DNA of 64,000 nt, from positions 620 through 64,619 of the forward strand of contig CAYGHM010000002.1 of the NCBI GenBank assembly GCA_964349825.1, read 5' to 3'. Position numbers and translations under genes: made by a program. Under the pieces are notes generated by a model. The model searched no databases and had not been told where the DNA came from. It saw only the letters and a list, made by a program, of their open reading frames with translations. This document shows positions 36,452-45,554 of this stretch, one piece after another. This DNA comes from an uncultured Gammaproteobacteria bacterium. GTDB taxonomy: Bacteria; Patescibacteriota; Patescibacteriia; Magasanikbacterales; UBA922. Position 1 is the first letter of the stretch. Every line of letters begins with the position of its first letter.

Positions 36452-37606
36452 GTGATAAAATATAGACTAAATATTATGTGGAAACTCTATTTAATGACGA
36501 TCCGATCTTGGTATGCTCGCCACTGGTGGTTAACACCACTGACTGTTTTTGTTATCTGGAGAATTATTTTAGAAATTATCGGACAGTCTGCCTTCATCCT
36601 ACATCCAGACATAATAATACCTTGGAAAGATAATCCCAATCCTCCAATTTGGGCTCGATGGGATAGCGGTTGGTACTACTCGATTGTAAATGACAACTAT
36701 CACCTAAAAGAAACAGGAGCAATGTCCAATGTCACCTTTTTTCCACTCTTCCCTCTTTTGTGGAAATTTATTGAAATTATTACTCCCTTAAAAGGTTTTG
36801 CCGCAGCCCTCTTTACGACCAATATTCTCACCTGTTTAGGATTTATTATCTTTTACCGCTGGATGAAAGATAAGTGGGATAAACTAATTGCGTTAAAAGC
36901 GTTAATAGCTCTAGCAATTTTTCCGACCTCTTTCTTTTTTATCAGTGCCTATAGCGAATCAACACTTTTTCTCCTTATAGTAACAACACTTTTACTCAGC
37001 TCAAGACAGCAATGGAAGCTCGCAGCAATAACAGTTGCACTAGCGAGCGCGTCGCGTCCCACAGGTATTTTTTTATGGCCGCTCTTGCTATGGTTCTGGT
37101 GGTTACACTATGCAAACAAGTCAAAACCACGGCATGAATTTTTCACAATATTATTTATTCCACCAGTTGGACTTATTATTTTTTCCGCATATCTCTATAT
37201 CAAAACAGGTAATCCTCTTGCATGGTTCACCAGCCAATCAGCTGCTGGACGAGATTTAGTATTACCTACTAATCTCTTGTGGGCATATACCAAAAATATA
37301 TTTGTCAGAGGAGATTATTGGTTAAAACATGTGGCAGAAATGGGAGCATTACTTTTTACAGTAGCCCTATTACCCACATTGAGAAAAATACATCCAGCCT
37401 ATGTATTCTATACTATATTAAATCTTCTTCCATCACTTTTTAGTAATACGCTCACAAGCATACAACGTTTCGTCCTAGTGATAGCACCTTTATTTTTGGC
37501 AGTTGTGATGCAAAAAAAATGGATATATGCGATATATTGTACAATTTCTGGTATTTTACTCTTATACAGCATTCTTTGTTTTATTACTTTTCAATGGGCA
37601 GGTTAA
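36452..37606 (+). CDS. polytopic membrane protein, putative GT-C-type glycosyl/mannosyltransferase (DUF2029/PIG-V-like)
   Basis: About 10 TM helices; the loop motif WARWDSGWYYSIVNDNY is typical of the GT-C mannosyltransferase-like family. Confidence 0.45.
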   Translation: MIKYRLNIMWKLYLMTIRSWYARHWWLTPLTVFVIWRIILEIIGQSAFILHPDIIIPWKDNPNPPIWARWDSGWYYSIVNDNYHLKETGAMSNVTFFPLFPLLWKFIEIITPLKGFAAALFTTNILTCLGFIIFYRWMKDKWDKLIALKALIALAIFPTSFFFISAYSESTLFLLIVTTLLLSSRQQWKLAAITVALASASRPTGIFLWPLLLWFWWLHYANKSKPRHEFFTILFIPPVGLIIFSAYLYIKTGNPLAWFTSQSAAGRDLVLPTNLLWAYTKNIFVRGDYWLKHVAEMGALLFTVALLPTLRKIHPAYVFYTILNLLPSLFSNTLTSIQRFVLVIAPLFLAVVMQKKWIYAIYCTISGILLLYSILCFITFQWAG

Positions 37607-37635
37607 TGGTTTAAAAGGGCTATTTTTATTTAGTA

Positions 37636-37664
37636 TTGACAAAAAACTCAATTTATGATAAACT
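37636..37664 (+). promoter_or_regulatory. sigma70-type promoter TTGACA-N17-TAAACT (extended TG) for GC-rich cassette 5
   Basis: agtaTTGACAaaaaactcaatttaTGaTAAACT. Confidence 0.45.
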
Positions 37665-37778
37665 TCTTTGTTATTTATGTTGGTATAAATAACGGATATT
37701 TTGCTTATCTTCTCTTATGGAAGGTTATAAAAATACCCGTTAGTTTCCAAACACACTCAATACGGGTTGGAGGTGCAC

Positions 37779-38159
37779 ATGCGAAAGTGGACTCTCGTCG
37801 TTATCCTCTGGGATCACGGCAGCAGCTACGAAGCGACCACAATGAAGCTGGTGCGGAGGAAGGACGTGGAAGGATACCTGAAATCCGTGACAAAACACGG
37901 GCAAACACAGGCCATCCCGGGGTTCTTCCAACAGCAGAAGGTGGCGTTCCGGACGTTTTCCGAAGCGTTCCCTGGCCACGTCATCCCCCTGAAGGAGGAA
38001 AAGCGTCCCAGCTGGAAAACGCCGCTGGCAATGCTGACACTTTCCGTGGACAGGGAATCAGTGCTGCGACTCGCGGCCATCCTCAAAGACAGGCCAATCG
38101 CTGTCTTCGAGGGTCATCGCCGTCAAGGTGCCCCACCAGTACAACTACTGTGCGTGTAA
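37779..38159 (+). CDS. GC-rich small hypothetical protein (127 aa)
   Basis: GGAGGTG SD 5 nt before the ATG (MRKWTLVVILWDHGSSYEA...); about 58% GC; followed by a chain of hairpins. Confidence 0.45.
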   Translation: MRKWTLVVILWDHGSSYEATTMKLVRRKDVEGYLKSVTKHGQTQAIPGFFQQQKVAFRTFSEAFPGHVIPLKEEKRPSWKTPLAMLTLSVDRESVLRLAAILKDRPIAVFEGHRRQGAPPVQLLCV

Positions 38160-38285
38160 TACGCAAAATACCCCATCTTCCACCATACGGTGGGGTAGAG
38201 CGATATCTGACTTTATCGCTCCATCTGTTTGCAACAGATGTTCTCGGCTTCACAGCCTGTGAGGAAGGAAAGGTCAGACAACTTG

Positions 38286-38342
38286 GACCGCCCGCAATCA
38301 CTTAAAATTATAAAACATTATAATTTTAAGTGACGGGCGGTC
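38286..38342. terminator. very long perfect hairpin closing cassette 5 (about 24-bp stem)
   Basis: GACCGCCCGcaaTCACTTAAAATTATAAaacaTTATAATTTTAAGTGACGGGCGGTC. Confidence 0.55.
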
Positions 38343-38441
38343 TTTGTGTTTTTACCTATTTCACAAAACTATTTTTATTTATCTTGATTTTCCCCCGGTT
38401 TCATGTTTTAATGCTTTAATGTTTTATTGTTTTCATATCAC

Positions 38442-39569
38442 ATGATCATCCTCGCCATCGAATCCTCCTGCGACGATACTTCAGTCGCCTTACTCGACGC
38501 CTCCGACGAGGGTATTATTGTGCTCGAACAAAAAACTGCGAGCCAGATTGATATTCACAAAAAATATGGCGGTGTTGTTCCTGAAGTGGCAGCGCGCAGA
38601 CATGCGGAAGTTATTCTTCCTGTGGTCGAAACTGTCATGACATCTCTTTCTGTGGGATCATACCCTGGTATGATCCACTCTCCCAACAAACCGGATGCCA
38701 TTGCCGTAACCTCTGGTCCCGGTCTCATCACCGGCCTTATGGTTGGTATTGAAGTGGCAAAAACATTGTCATACACATGGAATGTGCCGCTTATCGGCGT
38801 GAATCATATTGAAGGACATATACACTCATCAATTCTAAATGACAAATTTCAAATTTCAAATTTCAAAAAAAATGCCTTTCCTGCGGTGTGTTTGATAGTA
38901 AGTGGCGGACATACGGAATTAATTTTGATGAAAGACTTTGGTGTATACGAAAAAATTGGTGGAACTAGGGATGATGCGGCAGGAGAAGCATTTGATAAAG
39001 TAGCAAAATTACTAGGATTGGAATACCCAGGCGGACCAAAAATTTCCGAATATGGAAAAACAGGAAATCCCCATGCGATTCGCTTTCCCCGCCCCATGGC
39101 GGATAGCGATGATTTTGATTTTAGTTTTTCTGGATTAAAAACAGCCGCACTCTACTGGTTGAGAGATAATTCTCTCCAGGAAATAAACACAAATCCATTT
39201 GGTGCGATTGCTTCGTGGTTTGGAACAAAAAAAGATGGCATTACCAAAAATGATTTTTGTGCATCTATCGAACAAGCCATTGTAGACGTATTGGTAAAGA
39301 AAACCATGAATGCCATTAAAAAATATAAACCAAAATCTCTCATTCTCGGAGGCGGTGTGAGTAATAATACAAAACTCCGAGAAACCTTGGTGTACGCAGC
39401 AGCACCAGAATTAGGAAAAGAACATATTCATATTCCGGAACGCGAATACACGATGGATAATGCAGCAATGATCGGCGCTGCGGCATATTTTAGACTGAAA
39501 AAAGGTGAGCACATTTCTCGGAAAGACATTCAGCCTGATCCAAATTGGAAAGTATACGATAAAAAATAA
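38442..39569 (+). CDS. tsaD: tRNA N6-adenosine threonylcarbamoyltransferase TsaD (Kae1/YgjD family)
   Basis: MIILAIESSCDDTSVALL..., GVNHIEGHI, VSGGHTEL and DDAAGEAFDKVAKLLGL are canonical motifs. Confidence 0.9.
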   Translation: MIILAIESSCDDTSVALLDASDEGIIVLEQKTASQIDIHKKYGGVVPEVAARRHAEVILPVVETVMTSLSVGSYPGMIHSPNKPDAIAVTSGPGLITGLMVGIEVAKTLSYTWNVPLIGVNHIEGHIHSSILNDKFQISNFKKNAFPAVCLIVSGGHTELILMKDFGVYEKIGGTRDDAAGEAFDKVAKLLGLEYPGGPKISEYGKTGNPHAIRFPRPMADSDDFDFSFSGLKTAALYWLRDNSLQEINTNPFGAIASWFGTKKDGITKNDFCASIEQAIVDVLVKKTMNAIKKYKPKSLILGGGVSNNTKLRETLVYAAAPELGKEHIHIPEREYTMDNAAMIGAAAYFRLKKGEHISRKDIQPDPNWKVYDKK

Positions 39570-39598
39570 AAGAGAACCTACGTAGGCTCTCTTTTTTG

Positions 39599-42500
39599 TT
39601 ATTCAACCACAGATACTGATTCTTCCCCCACCATTTCTTTCAGAAAACTCTCCACATCTTTATTCCATCCTATCGTTGCCTGGGCACGAATCACATCGTT
39701 ACCAACACGGATATACACCGTATGCTGTCCTGGGTAGCGAGAGAAGACTGTTTTCAATCCTTCGCTGCATGCTTTTAATTGATCCCGTGTCATAGTTAGC
39801 GTAATCGTTTTTTCCGGAGCGGCATTTTTTTGTTCTGTTACTTTGCCGAGCGACAACTGTCGCGCAAGCATCTGAACATTATCTTTATTCAAAACATGAA
39901 CATTTTCTACAAATATTTTATTATCCCCTTCTTCTTTTGGTGTTTTTCCGACAATACACACGACTGTATTTTCTTTCCACAGTGCCTGAGTCGTTTCATA
40001 AATTTTTGGGAATACCAGTACTTCCATAGTTCCACTCGGATCTTGAATTGTGACAAAAAGCATCACGTTCCCCTTCTTGGTAATTTTCTTTTTTGCGCTA
40101 TCAATAACACCACATACAACAACCCACGCATCACGATCACACGCCTCTATATCTGAAAGCGGAGTAACGGTTCCTTTCATTTGGGACAAATACACTGCGC
40201 ATGGATGTGATGATACATACAATCCGAGTAAATTCTTTTCCCACGTTAATTTCTGGTCCATGGTTGCGACGGGCGCATCTTTCAGAATCAATTTATTTTC
40301 CATTTCAATCGCTGTGCCAGCAAATAAAGAAAACTGGGTTGTTTCTCGTTTGTCTCTCGTGTGCTTGGCAAATGATAGAATATTTTCACTATTGGTAAGC
40401 AAAACACCACGATCATGACCAAAACAATCGAGCGCTCCCGCTTGAGCCATGCTTTCGATCGATTTTTTATTTAAATCTTTATCCTGCACACGTTCCAAAA
40501 GATCTTGTAAACTTATATATGTTCCATGTTCTTTGCGTTCACGATACACGACTTCACACACATGAGTTCCTACATTTTTAATTGCATTCAAACCAAAACG
40601 AATACGCCCTCGCTCCCCTGGTTTTGATACCATAGCAAAGTTTCGGAAACTTTCATTCACATCCGGAGGAAGTACCTCAATATTCATGCGATGACATTCA
40701 TGAACAATGGCCGCAACTTTCTCTGAATCGCCAAATTCCGCAGCCAAGACAGCTGTCATATACTGTACAGGATAATGTGCTTTCATGAACGCAGTCTGAT
40801 ACGCCACGATACCATAACTTGCCGCATGGGCTTTATTAAATCCATAGGCAGCAAACGGTTCGATTGCCCGCCACATTTCATCAACGATATCTTTTTTCAG
40901 TTTTCCATGATTCAAACAGCCATCGTAAAATTTAATTTTCTGCTGCGCCATTTCTTCTGGAATTTTTTTACCCATGGCTTTACGGAATTTATCCGCTTCC
41001 ATCCAGTCGTACCCCGCCAATTCAATAGCGGTCAACATCACATCGTCCTGATATACAAGAAGTCCGTATGATGCCTGTAAAATTTTCTCAAGGCGAGGAT
41101 CAAAATATTTTACAAATTCAGGATTGTATTTACGCTTAATATATTCAGGGATAGATTCCATCGGACCAGGGCGGTATAAAGCAACCATGGCCATGATATC
41201 ATCGATATTACTCGGACGAAGTTCCTTGAGCCAACGAGTCATACCGGAACCGGACAACTGAAACACACCCATAGTTTCTCCACGCGCGAGCATCTCAAAC
41301 ACCTTAGTATCATCAAGCGGCAAATTATAAATATCCACTTCTTCCCCTGTTGTTTTTTTTACAATTTCGACGGCATTTCCAAGAATCGCCAAATTACGAA
41401 TTCCCAAAAAGTCATTTTTTAATACCCCTGCAGTTTCAACGGCTTTCATTTCATACTGTGTCGTAATCCTATCCCCACCTGTTTCACGTTGGACGGGGGT
41501 ATAATCCGTCAATGGTGTCGGGGAAATAACCACACCTGCCGCATGAATAGATGTGTGGCGTGCACAGCCTTCTACTTTTTTTGCCAGATCAAGCAATCGT
41601 TGTGCATCTTCGTTTGAATCATACAATTTTTTCAAATCCGGTTCTTCTTTGAGCGCACGTTCAATAGTCATAGGAAAACCTTGCGCGCCTTGGGGAATCA
41701 TCTTTGATACCTGATCACAAAAATTATACGACAAACCAAGCGCACGACCCACATCTCGAACACTCGCGCGTGCAGCCATTGTCCCAAAGGTAATAATTTG
41801 AGCAACACGATCTGCACCGTATTTATTGGTAACATATTCAATCATTTCATCCCGACGATCATCGGCAAAATCGGTATCAATATCCGGCGCACTCGGACGA
41901 AATGGATTTAGGAAACGCTCAAACGGCAGTTTAAATCGCAATGGATCTACCGTGGTAATACCCATAACATACGATACCAGTGATCCGGCAGCCGAACCAC
42001 GAGTAGACTCCACGATACCTTTGCTTTTTGCAAAACGCACATAATCCGCTACACACAAAAAGTATGGAGAATATCCTTTTGTTCTAATAATACCCAATTC
42101 GTATTCCAAACGTTCGCGAATTTCATCCGTTAATTCTGGATAATACATGGAAACGCGAGCATACGTTTCTTCCTGAAGCACATCATCTTCTGTTTTTCCT
42201 GGCGGCAAATCAACGGGCGCAAAATGCCATATATTCAGTGGAATTTCCAGATTAATCCGATTGGCAATGACAACCGTATTTTGTACTGCTTCCGGAATAT
42301 GTTTAAAGCGTTCAGAAATTTCTTCGGCAGAACAAAATGACCGATCAATATCGCGATAATCAGCACGATCAGTATAACTTACTTTCCATCCCTCACGAAT
42401 ACAGCATAAAATATCCTGTGCTTCCGCATCTTCGGTATTAAGATAATGTACATCGCGACTTGCCACAAGCGGAATCCCCGTTTCTTGTGAAATCCGAATA

Positions 42501-43072
42501 AGTTCATTATTCACAATAGACTGACCTTCGAGCGCAGGATGATCTTGAATTTCCAAATAAAAATTTCCTTGTCCAAAAATATCATTGTATTCTTCTGCAA
42601 CGCGTTTTGCCTCTTCTAATCTTTGTTGTAATAATAATGAAGGAATTTCTCCATTCAAATCTCCCGAAAGCGCAATAAGTCCTTTTCCGTATTCACGAAG
42701 CAATTCTTTATCAACACGCGGTTTGCCATTAAAAAAACCATCCAAATGACTAATCGACGTCATTTTCATCATGTTTTGATATCCCTGAAAATTTTCTGCA
42801 AGAAGAATAATTGAAAAACGATCTTTATCAAGTTCCAAGTCTTTATCATAGAGCCGACGTGGCCCCAAATACATCTCTGTTCCAATAATCGGTTTGATGC
42901 CTTCCGCAAGGCAAGCCTGGTAAAACTCAATTGCACCATACATCGCGCCGGAATCAGTAATTGCCACAGCCGAAAAACCCCGTGCTTTAGCGGTTTTAGC
43001 AAGATATTTTGGCTTCATCAACCCATCGAGCAGCGAATAATGGGAGTGAACGTGAAGATGAACAAATTCCAT
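39599..43072 (-). CDS. dnaE: DNA polymerase III alpha subunit
   Basis: N-terminal PHP domain MEFVHLHVHSHYSLLDG; 1157 aa; polymerase core motifs. Confidence 0.95.
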   Translation of the reverse strand: MEFVHLHVHSHYSLLDGLMKPKYLAKTAKARGFSAVAITDSGAMYGAIEFYQACLAEGIKPIIGTEMYLGPRRLYDKDLELDKDRFSIILLAENFQGYQNMMKMTSISHLDGFFNGKPRVDKELLREYGKGLIALSGDLNGEIPSLLLQQRLEEAKRVAEEYNDIFGQGNFYLEIQDHPALEGQSIVNNELIRISQETGIPLVASRDVHYLNTEDAEAQDILCCIREGWKVSYTDRADYRDIDRSFCSAEEISERFKHIPEAVQNTVVIANRINLEIPLNIWHFAPVDLPPGKTEDDVLQEETYARVSMYYPELTDEIRERLEYELGIIRTKGYSPYFLCVADYVRFAKSKGIVESTRGSAAGSLVSYVMGITTVDPLRFKLPFERFLNPFRPSAPDIDTDFADDRRDEMIEYVTNKYGADRVAQIITFGTMAARASVRDVGRALGLSYNFCDQVSKMIPQGAQGFPMTIERALKEEPDLKKLYDSNEDAQRLLDLAKKVEGCARHTSIHAAGVVISPTPLTDYTPVQRETGGDRITTQYEMKAVETAGVLKNDFLGIRNLAILGNAVEIVKKTTGEEVDIYNLPLDDTKVFEMLARGETMGVFQLSGSGMTRWLKELRPSNIDDIMAMVALYRPGPMESIPEYIKRKYNPEFVKYFDPRLEKILQASYGLLVYQDDVMLTAIELAGYDWMEADKFRKAMGKKIPEEMAQQKIKFYDGCLNHGKLKKDIVDEMWRAIEPFAAYGFNKAHAASYGIVAYQTAFMKAHYPVQYMTAVLAAEFGDSEKVAAIVHECHRMNIEVLPPDVNESFRNFAMVSKPGERGRIRFGLNAIKNVGTHVCEVVYRERKEHGTYISLQDLLERVQDKDLNKKSIESMAQAGALDCFGHDRGVLLTNSENILSFAKHTRDKRETTQFSLFAGTAIEMENKLILKDAPVATMDQKLTWEKNLLGLYVSSHPCAVYLSQMKGTVTPLSDIEACDRDAWVVVCGVIDSAKKKITKKGNVMLFVTIQDPSGTMEVLVFPKIYETTQALWKENTVVCIVGKTPKEEGDNKIFVENVHVLNKDNVQMLARQLSLGKVTEQKNAAPEKTITLTMTRDQLKACSEGLKTVFSRYPGQHTVYIRVGNDVIRAQATIGWNKDVESFLKEMVGEESVSVVE

Positions 43073-43238
43073 AATAAAGAGAATTGGAGGGGTAGTGCGG
43101 CTATCCTACCACTTCCGCGCGCCAAGTTCAAGATTTCACAAAATAGACCACTTCAACTATAATAAGATGCAGGCAATAAGTATTTGACTGTTGCTTATAA
43201 CTTATTTACTTACAGCTTTTTATTAATAATACTGTTTT

Positions 43239-43808
43239 ATGAAGTCATTGACAGCATATCTTCTCGTTCTTTCTACCTTGGTATTTATCGGCGCAGGGTG
43301 CAAATCTACTGAAGTAAAGAAAACCGAGGTGTCTGCTCCTCAACCAGAACCGATTGTTCAGGAGGAAAAACAAGATGCTAAAAATCCAGCAACTACAGAT
43401 GAAAAAAATGATGATGAGGTAAATACACAAGGTGAAGTGAAGACTGACATAAAAACCGTATCCCCTATCACAAAACCACAACCTACCCCTGAAAAAAAGG
43501 AAGAAACGCAACCAAAACCAGTCGTGTCAGCAGTAAAAGAATTCACCATGGTTGCCAAAAACTGGAACTTTGAGCCATCAACCATCACGGTCAAAAAAGG
43601 TGATACAGTTAAACTTCATATTAAAAGTGTCGACGTTGATCACGGATTTACCTTAAGCGATTTCGGTGTAAGTAAAACATTGAAACCAGGCGAAACGGTA
43701 ACTGTCGAATTCATTGCTGATAAAGCGGGCAATCACTCCTTCTTCTGCTCAGTATTTTGTGGCGCTGGACACAAAGAAATGCGAGGGACACTCGTGGTAA
43801 CCGAATAA
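43239..43808 (+). CDS. CuA-type cupredoxin-domain lipoprotein (COX2-like copper centre, no oxidase partner nearby)
   Basis: Lipobox LVFIGAGC; C-terminal VDHGFTL...FFCSVFCGAGHKEM matches the H...CxxxCGxxHxxM CuA ligand spacing. Confidence 0.6.
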   Translation: MKSLTAYLLVLSTLVFIGAGCKSTEVKKTEVSAPQPEPIVQEEKQDAKNPATTDEKNDDEVNTQGEVKTDIKTVSPITKPQPTPEKKEETQPKPVVSAVKEFTMVAKNWNFEPSTITVKKGDTVKLHIKSVDVDHGFTLSDFGVSKTLKPGETVTVEFIADKAGNHSFFCSVFCGAGHKEMRGTLVVTE

Positions 43809-43876
43809 CCAAAAAAGACCTGTCCAGCAAGACAGGTCTTTTCTTTTTAAAGGGGTTGGGCTAAGATACCATTACT

Positions 43877-44866
43877 ATGGTAGTTATTATCATTATCTTA
43901 TTAATCCTTATTATCATCCCACTTATGTCCCACGAAACTGGCGCATCACCAAAACATGTATTCATGTACCTGCTCCTCATCGCCATGCTTTACGTAAGTG
44001 TGGTCAGTTTTATTGCAATTATTTTTCAATATATTAATGTTCTTCTTCCTGATCCACTTCAATACTATTTACCGGGAATTTACGATACCATTCGATTTGC
44101 CTCATCCTCACTTGTTGTGGCCTTCCCAGTATATTTACTCATGTCTTGGCTTCTTGAAAAAGAATATATCCGTGTCCCCGAAGCAAAACAATTAAAAAGC
44201 CGAAAATGGCTTGTCTACCTCACTCTCTTTATTGCGGCAATCACTATCATTGTTGACTTGGTTCAATTGGTAAATAACTTTTATCGTGGTGAACTAACAT
44301 GGTCATTCACATTGAAAATAATGACTGTTCTTATTGTGGCGGCCACAGTATTTGGTTATCACTTATGGGATTTACAAAAAGACCTAGAAAGTAAAGTCAA
44401 AAAAATGATTGGAGGAATCATCTCAGTCGTTGTCCTCGCAACACTTATTGCCGGATTCTTCATTGCTGGCTCTCCACAACACCAACGAAATGTACGATTT
44501 GACCAGCAGCGCACGACAGATTTGAATACTATTCAATATCAAATTCTTGATTATTGGCAGAGAAAAAAAACATTACCTGCCCAATTGTCTGATTTGGAAG
44601 ACTCCATTACTGGATTCCAAGTACCAAAAGATCCGGCAACTGGTACAGCGTATACATATGAAATAAAAGGAAACCTTTCTTTTACTCTCTGTGCTGATTT
44701 TGCAGCGGAACAAGAAGGAGGAAAGGGAGACTCCCGCAATATTGCCCCCATGTATCCTATGAATGAATTTGGCGCGAACGACAACTGGTCTCACAAGGCA
44801 GGCCGCACCTGTTTCGACCGAACTATCGACCCGGAGAGACATGCTTTGCCACAACAGAAAATATAG
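43877..44866 (+). CDS. hypothetical polytopic membrane protein with hydrophilic C-terminal domain
   Basis: Five to six TM helices in the N-terminal 200 aa; the C-terminal DLNTIQYQILDYWQRKKTLPAQLSDL...DPATGTAYTYE is weakly pseudopilin-like. Confidence 0.4.
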   Translation: MVVIIIILLILIIIPLMSHETGASPKHVFMYLLLIAMLYVSVVSFIAIIFQYINVLLPDPLQYYLPGIYDTIRFASSSLVVAFPVYLLMSWLLEKEYIRVPEAKQLKSRKWLVYLTLFIAAITIIVDLVQLVNNFYRGELTWSFTLKIMTVLIVAATVFGYHLWDLQKDLESKVKKMIGGIISVVVLATLIAGFFIAGSPQHQRNVRFDQQRTTDLNTIQYQILDYWQRKKTLPAQLSDLEDSITGFQVPKDPATGTAYTYEIKGNLSFTLCADFAAEQEGGKGDSRNIAPMYPMNEFGANDNWSHKAGRTCFDRTIDPERHALPQQKI

Positions 44867-44952
44867 TGAACATGCGAATCCCTCCTTCGCTAAGAAGCTA
44901 CGGTCCGACGTAAAGTATGGACTCCGTATCGCAAGCATCGGAGCGGGCACGT

Positions 44953-45065
44953 ACGAATAATACCGAATTACGAATTATAATAAAAAAGACACCCTCTACT
45001 AAGCAGGGTGTCTTTTATTATTCGCTATTCGTACCGAGTCTTCGAGGATTCGTAATTCGCATGTT
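44953..45065. mobile_element. MITE-like repeat copy D (inverted relative to copy A; left TIR truncated) carrying a terminator hairpin with compensatory stem changes
   Basis: acgaataataccgaattacgaat...aaaaaagacaccct-ctactaagc-agggtgtctttt...ttattcgctattcgtaccgagtcttcgaggattcgtaattcgcatgtt; the 45-bp block is identical to the reverse complement of copy A. Confidence 0.55.
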
Positions 45066-45067
45066 TG

Positions 45068-45415
45068 CTATCGTCGTGCTTTTTTCTTTTTCCGCTTTAC
45101 CTCTTTTTCAAGGTCGATATCATCGAAATCCATAGAAGAACTTTTGTCGATCTTTCCAACAATATATTTTTCGATGACGCTTGCGAGCATAGAACTCATT
45201 ACACCCATTTTTCCAGATACACCATCCATTTTATCGCGGATAAATTCAACAGCATCGGAAATCATTTCCAATTGATTGGTGAGCTTTTCAATAATACGGT
45301 TTGCATTACGCAAAACTCGCGCGGCTTGATAGAGGAGCCAGCAAAGAAATACAGTGAACCATACGATCGATAACGAAAGAACAATATAAAATAAATCTTG
45401 ACTAGTGGTAAACAT
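45068..45415 (-). CDS. small membrane-anchored coiled-coil protein (hypothetical)
   Basis: N-terminal TM IVLSLSIVWFTVFLCWLL and a C-terminal charged tail; 115 aa. Confidence 0.35.
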   Translation of the reverse strand: MFTTSQDLFYIVLSLSIVWFTVFLCWLLYQAARVLRNANRIIEKLTNQLEMISDAVEFIRDKMDGVSGKMGVMSSMLASVIEKYIVGKIDKSSSMDFDDIDLEKEVKRKKKKARR

Positions 45416-45480
45416 ACAGGCAATGTTTAATTTTGATAGAGGTAGTATATCACATTTTTATTTGCAATAATATATTATAA

Positions 45481-45512
45481 AAAAAACGGCGCGATAAATC
45501 GCGCCGCCACTG
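45481..45512 (-). terminator. intrinsic terminator downstream of pheT
   Basis: Minus strand: CGGCGCGATttatCGCGCCG followed by TTTTTTT; the palindrome core CGCGATAAATCGCG recurs at 21268. Confidence 0.55.
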
Positions 45513-45554
45513 GGGAAAATACTTTCTTATAGACCTCTACATTTCTTAATAATG

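Noticed and set aside
38843-38868. Tandem AAATTTCA x3 microsatellite inside tsaD
   Set aside because: 24 nt, in frame, encoding KFQISNFK in a variable loop of TsaD. It is neither a CRISPR array nor an insertion, since the alignment length to E. coli TsaD is preserved.
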